Shown here in pieces: positions 38,088-47,572 of a DNA stretch of 64,000 nucleotides (its first letter is position 1; each line of letters begins with the position of its first letter). The translations under genes and the position numbers were made by a program. The notes beneath the pieces were generated by a model. The model ran no database searches. It saw nothing but the letters and a program-made list of their open reading frames with translations, and had not been told where the DNA came from. Source of the DNA: a virus; IMG/VR virus record IMGVR_UViG_3300042484_001245, positions 28,931 to 92,930 of that record; one strand, 5' to 3'.

Positions 38088-39554
38088 ATGACAACAGAAC
38101 GTTTCTATACGAATTGCACTTGCATTGGCAACAACATTTTATATCGAGGTATCGAAGACGGCGAGCGAGTGTCGAGAAAGTTTACGTTCAAGCCAAAATT
38201 GTTTGTGCCGACAAACAAGCAAACAAAGTGGAAGACACTTGATGGCAAGTTTGTTGATAAGATCGAGTTTCAAGACATCAACGATGCAAAAGAGTTTGTT
38301 CGCAAGTACGAAGGTGTTGATAATTTCGTATACTACGGCAACACGAAGTATCAGTATGTTCATCTTGCTGATGCTTTTCCGCAGATGGTTGATTATGATT
38401 TCTCACGCATAGTTATTGCCAATATAGATATTGAGGTAGCTTCCGAGGGTGGGTTTGCTCCACCAGAGAACCCTTTTGAAGAAGTGATAGCAATAACTGT
38501 TGAGAGCAATAACACGTATGTTGTCTTTGGCTGCGGTGAATTCACATCTTCAAAGGATAATGTCAAATACATTCGTTGTGAGAATGAAGTTGATCTGCTA
38601 CGACGTTTCATGGCGCATTGGGAACATCTTGCTCCAGACATTGTAACTGGCTGGAACGTTCAGTTCTACGATATTCCGTACATTGTAAATCGAATCTCTC
38701 GTGTATTCGGTGACAAAGAAGCAAAGCGAATGTCACCGTGGAAGTATCTCTCAACACGATCAGCCGCATACAAAGGTCGTATGCATCAAGTTGTCGAGCT
38801 TGTTGGCATCTCTACACTCGATTACATCGAGATGTACAGAAAGTATCAGCCGCGCCAAGAGAGTGAGAAGTTGAACTACATCGCATACGCAGAGCTTGGT
38901 GAAAAGAAGATCTCATATGAAGAATATGGCGACTTGCACACACTGTACAAGAGCAACTATCAAAAGTTCATCGAGTATAACATCAAAGACGTTGAGCTTG
39001 TTCGTAAACTTGAAGAAAAGCTAAAGCTCATCGAGATGGTCGTTGCTCTCGCATATGATGCAAAAGTGAACTATGTTGACACGTTCGCACAAGTGCGTAT
39101 GTGGGACACAATCATCTACAACTACCTCAAGCAACAGAACATCGTGCTTCCTCGATTGCTCGAAAAAGATAAGAGTGCAGACTATGCTGGTGCATACGTC
39201 AAAGATGTTGTGCCTGGTATGTACGAGTGGGTCGTTTCATTCGACTTGAACTCTCTGTATCCTAACTTGATTGCTCAGTTTAATATCTCACCAGAGTGTT
39301 TGTTGCCAGACAAATATCGCCACGTTACGGTACAGTCGCTTTTGAATCGTCAAGTTGATACGAGTGATGTTACAAAAGCTAATATTGGATTAGCAGCTAA
39401 CGGTCACTGTTTCAGTAACGACAAGATTGGATTCTTGCCTGATGTTCTCATGCGTATGTACGAAGATCGTAAGTTGTACAAAAATAAGATGTTGGCTGCG
39501 CAGAAAGAGTTGGAACGAGTCAAAGAAGAAATGCATCGTCGTGGATTGCAATAA
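38088..39554 (+). CDS. gp43: DNA polymerase B, N-terminal subunit (gp43A)
   Basis: Exonuclease motifs DIE, GWNVQFYD, YNIKD; polymerase motif A SFDLNSLYP; stops in the fingers after RKLYKNKM. Confidence 0.95.
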   Translation: MTTERFYTNCTCIGNNILYRGIEDGERVSRKFTFKPKLFVPTNKQTKWKTLDGKFVDKIEFQDINDAKEFVRKYEGVDNFVYYGNTKYQYVHLADAFPQMVDYDFSRIVIANIDIEVASEGGFAPPENPFEEVIAITVESNNTYVVFGCGEFTSSKDNVKYIRCENEVDLLRRFMAHWEHLAPDIVTGWNVQFYDIPYIVNRISRVFGDKEAKRMSPWKYLSTRSAAYKGRMHQVVELVGISTLDYIEMYRKYQPRQESEKLNYIAYAELGEKKISYEEYGDLHTLYKSNYQKFIEYNIKDVELVRKLEEKLKLIEMVVALAYDAKVNYVDTFAQVRMWDTIIYNYLKQQNIVLPRLLEKDKSADYAGAYVKDVVPGMYEWVVSFDLNSLYPNLIAQFNISPECLLPDKYRHVTVQSLLNRQVDTSDVTKANIGLAANGHCFSNDKIGFLPDVLMRMYEDRKLYKNKMLAAQKELERVKEEMHRRGLQ

Positions 39555-39579
39555 AAATAATCCAACTCCGATTATTTAA

Positions 39580-39608
39580 TTGAACCACAATTTCGTATTT
39601 GTTATATT
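39580..39608 (+). promoter_or_regulatory. Sigma70-type promoter at the start of the intra-polymerase cassette
   Basis: TTGAAC-17 nt-TATATT with TG extension. Confidence 0.6.
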
Positions 39609-39660
39609 GTTTGTATAGGGTAAGTTACCCTTAATGTTTACGTTAAACAAACAGTATATT

Positions 39661-41172
39661 ATGAAATTGTTATCTGCCATTTTTGACTCTCTCCTAGAGA
39701 CTTCTGATTTTCCTAGTGCATCTCGAAAAACAATCACACTCGCTGATTATTACGCACTCAGAACATACATCGACACTTCGCCTGTTGAGTATCAACGACC
39801 TTACGATCCTAGCCGAGAGAACTCTGATGAGAAAGGATTAGTTCGATACGTTCTTGATGTTTTCTTTTACAGAGACATAAACGCAAATTTACTTCCTGCA
39901 CTTGTGATGCGACAACTTCACATGAAGCAAATTGAGCAGCGTGAGAAAGCAGGACGAAAGAATAACAAGATGCTTGAAATGACAGACGGGCAACACAGAA
40001 CCGTTATCATGTTTAAGTTACTCAGTGGCGAAATCAGAATACCTTCTGGCTACACTGTGATGTTCAAGGGTAGAAACATTCTCATCGGTGATAAGACAAT
40101 ACCTGAACTGATGCAAATGGGATCAGACTATCGAGAACTTATCGAGACGTGTGTATTCTCAATGGAAGTACATCTCGACTATTACTACAACATCTCAGAT
40201 AAACGTGCAGCAGAGATTTTTGCTGAACGAAACTCTGGAGCACCACAATCAAGACAGACTGTTCGTAATTGCCAAACACATAAACTGAGCATTCTTGTTC
40301 GTTCTCTTGCACGAGACATACCAGAGTTTGATACAACGTGTCATCCTCTCATGGCAGTTTCGTCTAACAAAAAGGGTGAACTCATCGGAAAGTTTTACCC
40401 AGGCAAGATGACAAGCGATCTCAACTTTGATGAAGATGTTGCACGAACGTTAGCGACAATCATTGGATACGATAAGCTGTCTAAAGAAGATTCGATGAGC
40501 ATAGATCAAAACTCACTTGATAAACTCTATGCTGATTATGGTGATCAATTGAATCAGAAATACTACAATATGCTGATTCAAGTATTAGATTTTCAGCATC
40601 AATTTTTGAAACACATACATGAGAATTTACGGCGTGATCGTATTGACAAGAGCTTCTGGAATGCTCTTCGTTACGTCTCTGTGATTCTCGTGCATAGAGC
40701 ATATGTTGACAATCGAACACTCTCGTTTGGTGTTGATAAGCGAGCAGCTACCTGGCTTATGTGGACTAAGTTCAATAAGTTCATAAAAGATATGTGTACT
40801 GTGCCAAAGAAAGATCGAGCTAATATCAAACAGACTTTGTTTGAGCGCAGTTTGAATAAGATGAACTGGTATTCAAAGACAAGTGGCACAGGTCTTGCTG
40901 TAGTATTTGCCGCCTTTGATAGATTCTTAAAGAACAATTCGCCAAAATCTTTCGGTGTCATAATGAAAGACAATCGTGAAACGTTCAGTGCAAAAACGAG
41001 ATCGATGTTATACACAGAACAAGATGGTAGAGATGCAATCACAGGTCGCATGATTGATTACAGTGATGCTGTCACTGATCATGTTGAGTGTCGAGCTATG
41101 GGTGGCGAAACAGAAAAGCATAATGCGCAAGTTGTTTCAGAATGCACAAACAGCATGAAGAGTGTGAACTAA
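39661..41172 (+). CDS. DUF262 (ParB-like) + C-terminal HNH protein, GmrSD-like architecture
   Basis: YQR, DGQHR, F..RNSG.P; C-terminal DH....GG.T...NAQ.....N..K. Confidence 0.8.
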   Translation: MKLLSAIFDSLLETSDFPSASRKTITLADYYALRTYIDTSPVEYQRPYDPSRENSDEKGLVRYVLDVFFYRDINANLLPALVMRQLHMKQIEQREKAGRKNNKMLEMTDGQHRTVIMFKLLSGEIRIPSGYTVMFKGRNILIGDKTIPELMQMGSDYRELIETCVFSMEVHLDYYYNISDKRAAEIFAERNSGAPQSRQTVRNCQTHKLSILVRSLARDIPEFDTTCHPLMAVSSNKKGELIGKFYPGKMTSDLNFDEDVARTLATIIGYDKLSKEDSMSIDQNSLDKLYADYGDQLNQKYYNMLIQVLDFQHQFLKHIHENLRRDRIDKSFWNALRYVSVILVHRAYVDNRTLSFGVDKRAATWLMWTKFNKFIKDMCTVPKKDRANIKQTLFERSLNKMNWYSKTSGTGLAVVFAAFDRFLKNNSPKSFGVIMKDNRETFSAKTRSMLYTEQDGRDAITGRMIDYSDAVTDHVECRAMGGETEKHNAQVVSECTNSMKSVN

Positions 41173-41762
41173 TGTGTGCTGCCATGAATAAACAAGTTAA
41201 GAAGACGATTAAAGAGATAAACAAAATACTCTCAGAGCAGTGTCCGACGTTTACACTTAATGTGGACTCTGTTAGACACTTAGATGCCATACGCTCCGAC
41301 ACAAAACTACAGTTTTATGAAAAGACTCACACATTTGGAGAACCTAAAGTTGTTACTCGAATGTGGAAGCATTTTAAGTGTAGGGGATTACCTAGTGTTA
41401 CGCCAACAAAAACGATCACACTCTATATTGTGATCATGCGCAACAAGAAAACTGGAGAACCACACTATAAGTTTGGCACAACAAAATCTCTGTATGTTGC
41501 TGAACGATTTCTAAAGAAAAGCTCTACGTGGGAGTTTATGCATGAGGCTGTAACATCTCGTGTTGGTCCAAAAGACCAGATGCTTGCTCTCGAAAAGCGC
41601 ATCAAAGAGTTTGCTATGAAGAATGGATTGATTCAAGAAGGTGTTGAAGACTTCATCTTTGGAGGTCACACTGAACTTTTAATACCAACACGTTTAATTC
41701 CTGCTGATAAGTATTGCGACCTGTTGCGAATCTTTAATGACTTTGGGTTTGACGGATTGTAG
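41172..41762 (+). CDS. GIY-YIG superfamily (T5orf172-like) nuclease
   Basis: LYIV...YKFGTT....ERF...LEKRI...GGHTE pattern; TAATG coupling to the upstream gene. Confidence 0.6.
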   Translation: MCAAMNKQVKKTIKEINKILSEQCPTFTLNVDSVRHLDAIRSDTKLQFYEKTHTFGEPKVVTRMWKHFKCRGLPSVTPTKTITLYIVIMRNKKTGEPHYKFGTTKSLYVAERFLKKSSTWEFMHEAVTSRVGPKDQMLALEKRIKEFAMKNGLIQEGVEDFIFGGHTELLIPTRLIPADKYCDLLRIFNDFGFDGL

Positions 41763-41768
41763 TACACT

Positions 41769-42260
41769 ATGTCACACATTAACTGGCAACAATACTTTAT
41801 GGGCATGGCATTACTGGCTGCACAACGTAGCAAAGACCCTAGCACACAAGTTGGCTCATGTATTGTCACAAACGATAATAGAATTATCGGCATTGGCTGG
41901 AATGGAATGCCAAAATCAAAGCCTGGTTATAATAACGACACATCTCTCCCTTGGGGTAAAGACGCTCAAGATCCTCTTGAGAACAAATATATGTACGTTG
42001 TTCATGCTGAGCCAAATGCCATTCTTCATGCGTCAGAAGATGTGTCTGGATGTACAATGTATCTTACTTGGTTTCCTTGTAGTGAGTGTGCCAAGACGAT
42101 AGCACAATCTGGCATTTCTAAACTCGTGTATCTCAAAGAAAATGCAACCGATAGGTATCGAGTCAGTATGGAAGCAGCCAAGAAAATTTTTACCGCATCT
42201 GGAGTTGAATGTATAGAATATGTTGCGAATAAAGATGACATTGTTCTCAAGTTCGACTAG
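41769..42260 (+). CDS. cd: dCMP deaminase
   Basis: RSKDPSTQVG, HAEPNAI, PCSEC. Confidence 0.95.
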   Translation: MSHINWQQYFMGMALLAAQRSKDPSTQVGSCIVTNDNRIIGIGWNGMPKSKPGYNNDTSLPWGKDAQDPLENKYMYVVHAEPNAILHASEDVSGCTMYLTWFPCSECAKTIAQSGISKLVYLKENATDRYRVSMEAAKKIFTASGVECIEYVANKDDIVLKFD

Positions 42261-42269
42261 AATACAATC

Positions 42270-43376
42270 ATGCAAGATCTTTCAAAACTATCTGATGCTG
42301 AGTTAAAAGCATACGCACGAAAACTCTCGTTTGACATCTCGAAGTATCACAACTTCCAGTTGACGAAAAAGATTCAGCTCAACTCTGCGTACGGAGCGAT
42401 GGGCAATCAATACTTTCGTTTCTACGACATTCGTTTGGCTGAAGCAGTAACACTTTCTGGTCAGTTAGTGATTCAGTGGCTTGCTCGTGACATCAACAAG
42501 TATATGAACACGATTCTTAAAACTGAGAATCACGATTATGTTATTGCAATCGATACTGACTCAATTTACTTGAATCTTAAACAACTTGTTCACACAGTAT
42601 ACAAAGACAAGCTGCCTGAAGACAAATCAAAGATCGTTGACTTTCTCGACAAAGTGGCTAACGAGAAGATTCAAACAGTCATCGACAAAAGTTGTAAAGA
42701 ACTCAGAACATATTTGAATGCACGTTCACAAAAGATGCAGATGAAGCGAGAGTCGATTGCAGACAAAGCAATCTGGACTGCAAAGAAGCGTTACATTCTG
42801 AATGTGTTTGACGTTGAGGGTGTTCGATACGAAACACCGAAGCTCAAGATTCAAGGTATTGAGGCTGTCAAGTCGTCTACGCCAGAAGTGTGTCGTCAGA
42901 AAATTAAAGACGCAATCAAAATCATTCTCACAAAATCTCAATCAGAGTTGCACGGCTATATCGATTCATTCAAGTCTGAGTTTAAGCAGTTGCCACCAGA
43001 GAGAGTTGCGTTTCCTCGTGGCTGCAACGGCATCAGCACATACTCAGATCACAAATCGATTTACAAGAAAGGTACTCCAATCCATGTTCGTGGTGCGTTA
43101 GTGTACAATCGTTTAATCAAAGATAAGAAATTGGATAAGAAATATCCTTGCATCCATGAAGGTGATAAGATAAAATTCATTTACTTGCGTGAGCCAAATC
43201 CGACGCAGGAAAATGTTATCACTATGAGTGAAGATGGTCTTCCGCAAGAACTAAATCTTCACAAGTATGTTGATTACGAATTGCAGTTTGAAAAAACGTT
43301 TGTTGACCCACTCAAGATCATTCTCGATGCAATCAACTGGTCGACAAAGAAGACAATGAGTTTTGATGATTTATAG
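42270..43376 (+). CDS. gp43: DNA polymerase B, C-terminal subunit (gp43B)
   Basis: Motif B KIQLNSAYG, motif C IDTDS, KKRY, KSSTP, C-terminal clamp-binding-like MSFDDL. Confidence 0.95.
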   Translation: MQDLSKLSDAELKAYARKLSFDISKYHNFQLTKKIQLNSAYGAMGNQYFRFYDIRLAEAVTLSGQLVIQWLARDINKYMNTILKTENHDYVIAIDTDSIYLNLKQLVHTVYKDKLPEDKSKIVDFLDKVANEKIQTVIDKSCKELRTYLNARSQKMQMKRESIADKAIWTAKKRYILNVFDVEGVRYETPKLKIQGIEAVKSSTPEVCRQKIKDAIKIILTKSQSELHGYIDSFKSEFKQLPPERVAFPRGCNGISTYSDHKSIYKKGTPIHVRGALVYNRLIKDKKLDKKYPCIHEGDKIKFIYLREPNPTQENVITMSEDGLPQELNLHKYVDYELQFEKTFVDPLKIILDAINWSTKKTMSFDDL

Positions 43377-43386
43377 GAGATAGACT

Positions 43387-44457
43387 ATGGCAAAAAACAA
43401 TCCCTTTACTGACGTGCTCAAGGTGCTTGAGAATGAATATGCGGCTGTCGCCGACGAAGGTACATCAGCCGATGTTGTCGGCTTCATTGACACTGGTTCA
43501 TACGCACTGAATGCACTCTACTCTGGTAGCATCTTTAGAGGTATGCCAGCAAACAAGATTTCTGCACTTGCTGGAGAAGAAGCAACTGGTAAGACATTCT
43601 TTGCACTTGGTATTGTGAAGAACTTTCTCGACACAAACGAAAAAGCTCTCAGCATCATTTTCGAGTCTGAGGGTTCTGTAACGAAAGAAATTCTACAATC
43701 TCGTGGCGTTGATACAAAGCGTGTTCTTATTGTGCCTGTTGAGACTATTCAGCAATTCAAGACACAAGCTCTTCGAGTTGTTGAGAATCACTTGAACACA
43801 CCAGAGAAAGAACGACGACCACTCATGCTGTGCCTTGACTCTCTCGGAATGCTTTCAACAACAAAAGAGATGGCAGACTCAGGCACTGGCAAAGAAGTTA
43901 AAGACATGACTCGTACAGCAGAAATTAAGGCTGCGTTTCGAGTTCTTACCCTGAAGTTGAGCAAAGCAAAGATTCCTCTTCTCGTGACAAACCACGTATA
44001 TCAGACAATGGGAATGTTCCCAACAAAAGAGATGGGTGGCGGAGGTGGACTCAAGTACGCAGCGAACAACATCATCGCTCTTTCTAAGTCTAAGAACAAA
44101 GATGCTGATGGCACTGTTACTGGTATTTTCATTCGATGTAAGAATCTCAAGTCACGTTTGACAAAAGAGAACACAGAAGCAAGCGTGATGCTCTCGTATG
44201 ATAAGGGACTCGACAGATACTATGGTCTTGTTGATCTTGCAATCGAGCATGGCATCTTCAAGAAAGTTTCTACGAAGATTGAAGTGTCAGATGGCAAGAC
44301 TGTATTCGAGAAGCAGATCATCAACAATCCAGAGAAGTATTTCACTCCAGAAGTGTTGCAGAAACTCGATGAAGCAGCGCAGAAGGAGTACAGCTACGGA
44401 ACTGGCGGTATTGATACTGAAGATGTTGTAGAGGAGTTATTAAATGACGCTCACTGA
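43387..44457 (+). CDS. uvsX: RecA-like recombinase UvsX
   Basis: DTGSYALN, AGEEATGKT, DSLGML, DMTR, MGGGGG. Confidence 0.94.
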   Translation: MAKNNPFTDVLKVLENEYAAVADEGTSADVVGFIDTGSYALNALYSGSIFRGMPANKISALAGEEATGKTFFALGIVKNFLDTNEKALSIIFESEGSVTKEILQSRGVDTKRVLIVPVETIQQFKTQALRVVENHLNTPEKERRPLMLCLDSLGMLSTTKEMADSGTGKEVKDMTRTAEIKAAFRVLTLKLSKAKIPLLVTNHVYQTMGMFPTKEMGGGGGLKYAANNIIALSKSKNKDADGTVTGIFIRCKNLKSRLTKENTEASVMLSYDKGLDRYYGLVDLAIEHGIFKKVSTKIEVSDGKTVFEKQIINNPEKYFTPEVLQKLDEAAQKEYSYGTGGIDTEDVVEELLNDAH

Positions 44458-44806
44458 TGTGCCAATAAAAGACAAGTACAGAATCGTTTTTGATCCACAA
44501 GATTCAAAGAAGTGGTGTGTAGAACTTCTTGCACCATGTGATCCATTTCATGGCATCATTCTGTCGTATGGAGAGTTTACTATTAAAGCAAACGGCGAGA
44601 ACGATCCTAATCCGAAGTTTTCATTCCAGACAGAAATAATTTATGTGCCAGAAAGACTAAAAGATGTTACACTACCTGATGAAGCTGAGGATCAAATGCA
44701 GACGTTGCTTGGTCAGATCTTGATTGACATCATCGAGCATAATGCAAGCAAAGCAAAATCAGAGAACGGTAAGTTGTTTCTTGAGTTGGTAAAAGATGAT
44801 AAATGA
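44444..44806 (+). CDS. Hypothetical protein, positional equivalent of gp40
   Basis: Lies between uvsX and gp41 as T4 gp40 does; G-I-I-x-x-Y-G..LGQILIDII pattern. Confidence 0.5.
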   Translation: MTLTDVPIKDKYRIVFDPQDSKKWCVELLAPCDPFHGIILSYGEFTIKANGENDPNPKFSFQTEIIYVPERLKDVTLPDEAEDQMQTLLGQILIDIIEHNASKAKSENGKLFLELVKDDK

Positions 44807-46211
44807 TCGAATTGAAAGCGTGATTCTCAGTAGTCTTATCAATGATGAGACTTTCTGTAGACGTGTGCTTCCGTTTATTAAGCCTGAATACTTTTCCGAT
44901 GAGTGTGAAAAGCTCATCTTCTTAAAAGTTTCAGACTTCATTTTGAAGTACGATTCGTTGCCTTCAAAAGAAGCACTCGTCATCGCAATTTCAAACGATA
45001 AACAACTTATCGATTCTGTAGAGAAACAGGCAAAAGATATTGTTGTATCACTTGAGCCAATCAAAGTTGAGCAGAAGTGGTTGATTGATCAGACTGAAGA
45101 GTGGTGTAAAGATCGTGCAATCTATCATGCACTCATGAACAGCATCAAGATTGCTGACGACAAGAAGGGTAAACTCAGTCGTGGCACAATACCAAAACTT
45201 TTGACTGATGCTCTTTCAGTATCTTTTGATCCAAACATTGGTCATAGCTACCTTGACGACACTGATTCTCGCTACGAGTTCTACCACAAAGTAGAAGAGA
45301 AGTTTGCGTTCGATCTTGATTGCATGAACAAGATCACAAAGAACGGTGTGCCTCGTAAGACGTTGAACGTTATTCTTGCAGGTACAGCCGTTGGTAAATC
45401 TCTCGCACTCTGTCACATGGCAGCGAGCTATTTCATGAATGGCAAAAATGTTCTGTACATTACACTTGAAATGGCAGAAGCACGTATTGCAGAACGTATT
45501 GATGCAAACTTGCTTAACATCTCACTGTCAGATCTTCAAAGCATATCAAAAGATATGTACGACAGAAAGATTGCAGCTATTAAGAGCAAAACAGTTGGGC
45601 GAATGATTATCAAAGAGTATCCAACTGCGACTGCGACTGTAACACACTTCAGAGCATTACTGAGTGAGTTGTATCTCAAAAAGAACTTTGTGCCGGATGT
45701 CATCTTTGTTGACTACTTAAACATTTCAGCCAGTGCACGATTGAATCAGTCAAATCATGTCAACAGCTACACATACGTGAAGAGCATTGCAGAAGAGTTT
45801 CGTGGTCTTGCTGTAGAGTGTAATGTTCCAATCTGGACTGCAACACAGACAAATAGACAAGGATTTGTTTCTAGTGATATTGGACTTGAGAATACATCAG
45901 AGTCATTTGGTCTTCCAGCGACTGCTGACTTTATGATTGCGCTCTCAACAACTGAAGAACTTGAACAGATGGGTCAGATTCTCGTAAAACAGCTCAAGAA
46001 TCGATACAACGACATCTCAACACTTAAACGCTTCGTGTTGGGTATTGATCGTTCAAAGATGCGTTTGTTTGATCTTGATCAATCTGCACAAGATGAGCTT
46101 GTTGATACTGACATGAAAGATAAAAATAAAGACTCATCGGTGTTTGACAAGTCTAAATTTGGATCATCAATGATGGCCGAGAAGAAAGACGTTGATGACT
46201 TTAAGTGGTAG
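44796..46211 (+). CDS. gp41: Replicative helicase gp41
   Basis: AGTAVGKS, YITLEMAE, VDYLNI, TATQTNR, SESFGLPATAD, KQLKNRY. Confidence 0.96.
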   Translation: MINDRIESVILSSLINDETFCRRVLPFIKPEYFSDECEKLIFLKVSDFILKYDSLPSKEALVIAISNDKQLIDSVEKQAKDIVVSLEPIKVEQKWLIDQTEEWCKDRAIYHALMNSIKIADDKKGKLSRGTIPKLLTDALSVSFDPNIGHSYLDDTDSRYEFYHKVEEKFAFDLDCMNKITKNGVPRKTLNVILAGTAVGKSLALCHMAASYFMNGKNVLYITLEMAEARIAERIDANLLNISLSDLQSISKDMYDRKIAAIKSKTVGRMIIKEYPTATATVTHFRALLSELYLKKNFVPDVIFVDYLNISASARLNQSNHVNSYTYVKSIAEEFRGLAVECNVPIWTATQTNRQGFVSSDIGLENTSESFGLPATADFMIALSTTEELEQMGQILVKQLKNRYNDISTLKRFVLGIDRSKMRLFDLDQSAQDELVDTDMKDKNKDSSVFDKSKFGSSMMAEKKDVDDFKW

Positions 46212-46217
46212 TTGTAT

Positions 46218-46310
46218 ATGTCACAACCTGAATCCAAAGAACGATTGTTTTTGGCTATTATTGCAGTTTTTCTTGCCATAGCACTTAGCATAATTGCGAA
46301 CAATAAGTAG
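46218..46310 (+). CDS. Putative 30-aa membrane peptide
   Basis: MSQPESKERLFLAIIAVFLAIALSIIANNK fills the gap after gp41. Confidence 0.4.
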   Translation: MSQPESKERLFLAIIAVFLAIALSIIANNK

Positions 46311-46346
46311 ACATAAATAATTGGTTGTGTGAGACTGATACGACCA

Positions 46347-47570
46347 ATGAGAACATTTAGACAATACATAACTGAATCTGCTGATAAGAATACTCATCTT
46401 GAGCATTTGGAAGATGAGGTATTCAATGGTGGTGTCAACGGCACTCGTAGAGCTATCAATTTTTTGAGAGGTCTGCGTGATATGCTTTCTGGAAGCAGCA
46501 CATCATCAGTCAACGTTACGGTTAAGTGGGACGGAGCGCCTGCAATCGTTTGTGGTATCAATCCAGAAAACGGTAAGTTCTTTGTTGCAACAAAGAGCGC
46601 ATTCAATAAGACACCAAAGCTCAACTATACACATGATGATATTGAAAAGAACCATTCTGGTCAGACAGCTCTTATTGAAAAATTGCGCATAGCTCTCGAC
46701 AATCTTTCCAAGCTAGGTATCAAAGGTGTTCTTCAGGGTGATCTTCTTTTCACAAAAGGTGAATTGCAAAACATCGAACACAGCGGCGAGTCACTTCTTG
46801 CATTTAGAGCAAACACAATCACGTATGCTGTTCCACAAGATTCAGATCTTGCAGATACAATTCGTGCAGCTAACATAGGCATCGTGTTTCACACAACGTA
46901 CACTGGCAACAAGATTCAAGATATGAAAGCGTCATTTGGCGCAAACGTTTCATCACTCAAGAAGACATCGAGTGTATGGGTTACTGATGCAGATTTCAGA
47001 GATGAATCTGGAACAGCAACACTCACAAAAGATGAGACGGCATACGTTACAGCACGTCTTAGTGAAATTGGCAGACAGTTCAATAGAATGGACTCAGCCA
47101 TTATCAACGAGATCGTAACTGATGACGAACTTATTGCATTCGTAAAAACTTATGTGAACGCTAAGGTAAAAGTTGGTGAGAACATCACTGGCACACAAAA
47201 GTACGCAAAGGGTCTTGTTGAATTCATCACAGACAAGTATCAGAAAGAGATTGACAAGCTCAAGACAGAGCGAGGAAAACAAGGTCGTAAAGAGCGACTA
47301 AATGCACACATATCTTTCATCAAAACAAATCGTGAGCAGTTAATTTTGATGTTCTTAATTGCAGCACTGATTGCTGATGTGAAAGGTGTTTTGTTGAGCA
47401 AGCTACGCAAAGTCAATTCTATTGGCACGTTTTTAGAGACGCCTGATGGTTTCAAAGTAACTTCGCCTGAAGGCTTCGTTGCAGTAGACCACTTGAAGGG
47501 TAACGCAGTTAAACTTGTTGATCGTCTTGAATTCAGTAGAGCAAATTTCACACTCGACAAAGGTTGGTAG
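46347..47570 (+). CDS. Ligase-fold nucleotidyltransferase-like protein with capsid-targeting leader
   Basis: Leader MRTFRQYITE; KWDG, TKS, QGDL, EGFV, VKL motifs. Confidence 0.7.
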   Translation: MRTFRQYITESADKNTHLEHLEDEVFNGGVNGTRRAINFLRGLRDMLSGSSTSSVNVTVKWDGAPAIVCGINPENGKFFVATKSAFNKTPKLNYTHDDIEKNHSGQTALIEKLRIALDNLSKLGIKGVLQGDLLFTKGELQNIEHSGESLLAFRANTITYAVPQDSDLADTIRAANIGIVFHTTYTGNKIQDMKASFGANVSSLKKTSSVWVTDADFRDESGTATLTKDETAYVTARLSEIGRQFNRMDSAIINEIVTDDELIAFVKTYVNAKVKVGENITGTQKYAKGLVEFITDKYQKEIDKLKTERGKQGRKERLNAHISFIKTNREQLILMFLIAALIADVKGVLLSKLRKVNSIGTFLETPDGFKVTSPEGFVAVDHLKGNAVKLVDRLEFSRANFTLDKGW

Positions 47571-47572
47571 AC

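Noticed and set aside
38088-39554. gp43 pseudogene or frameshift
   Set aside because: Both halves keep all catalytic motifs, have clean starts and stops, and break at a site known to tolerate splitting.
39554-42270. Group I intron or split intein interrupting gp43
   Set aside because: The interval is almost fully coding (about 100 nt free), leaving little room for a ribozyme core. gp43A has no intein N-block, and the HN in gp43B (KYHNFQ) is native fingers sequence not followed by C/S/T.
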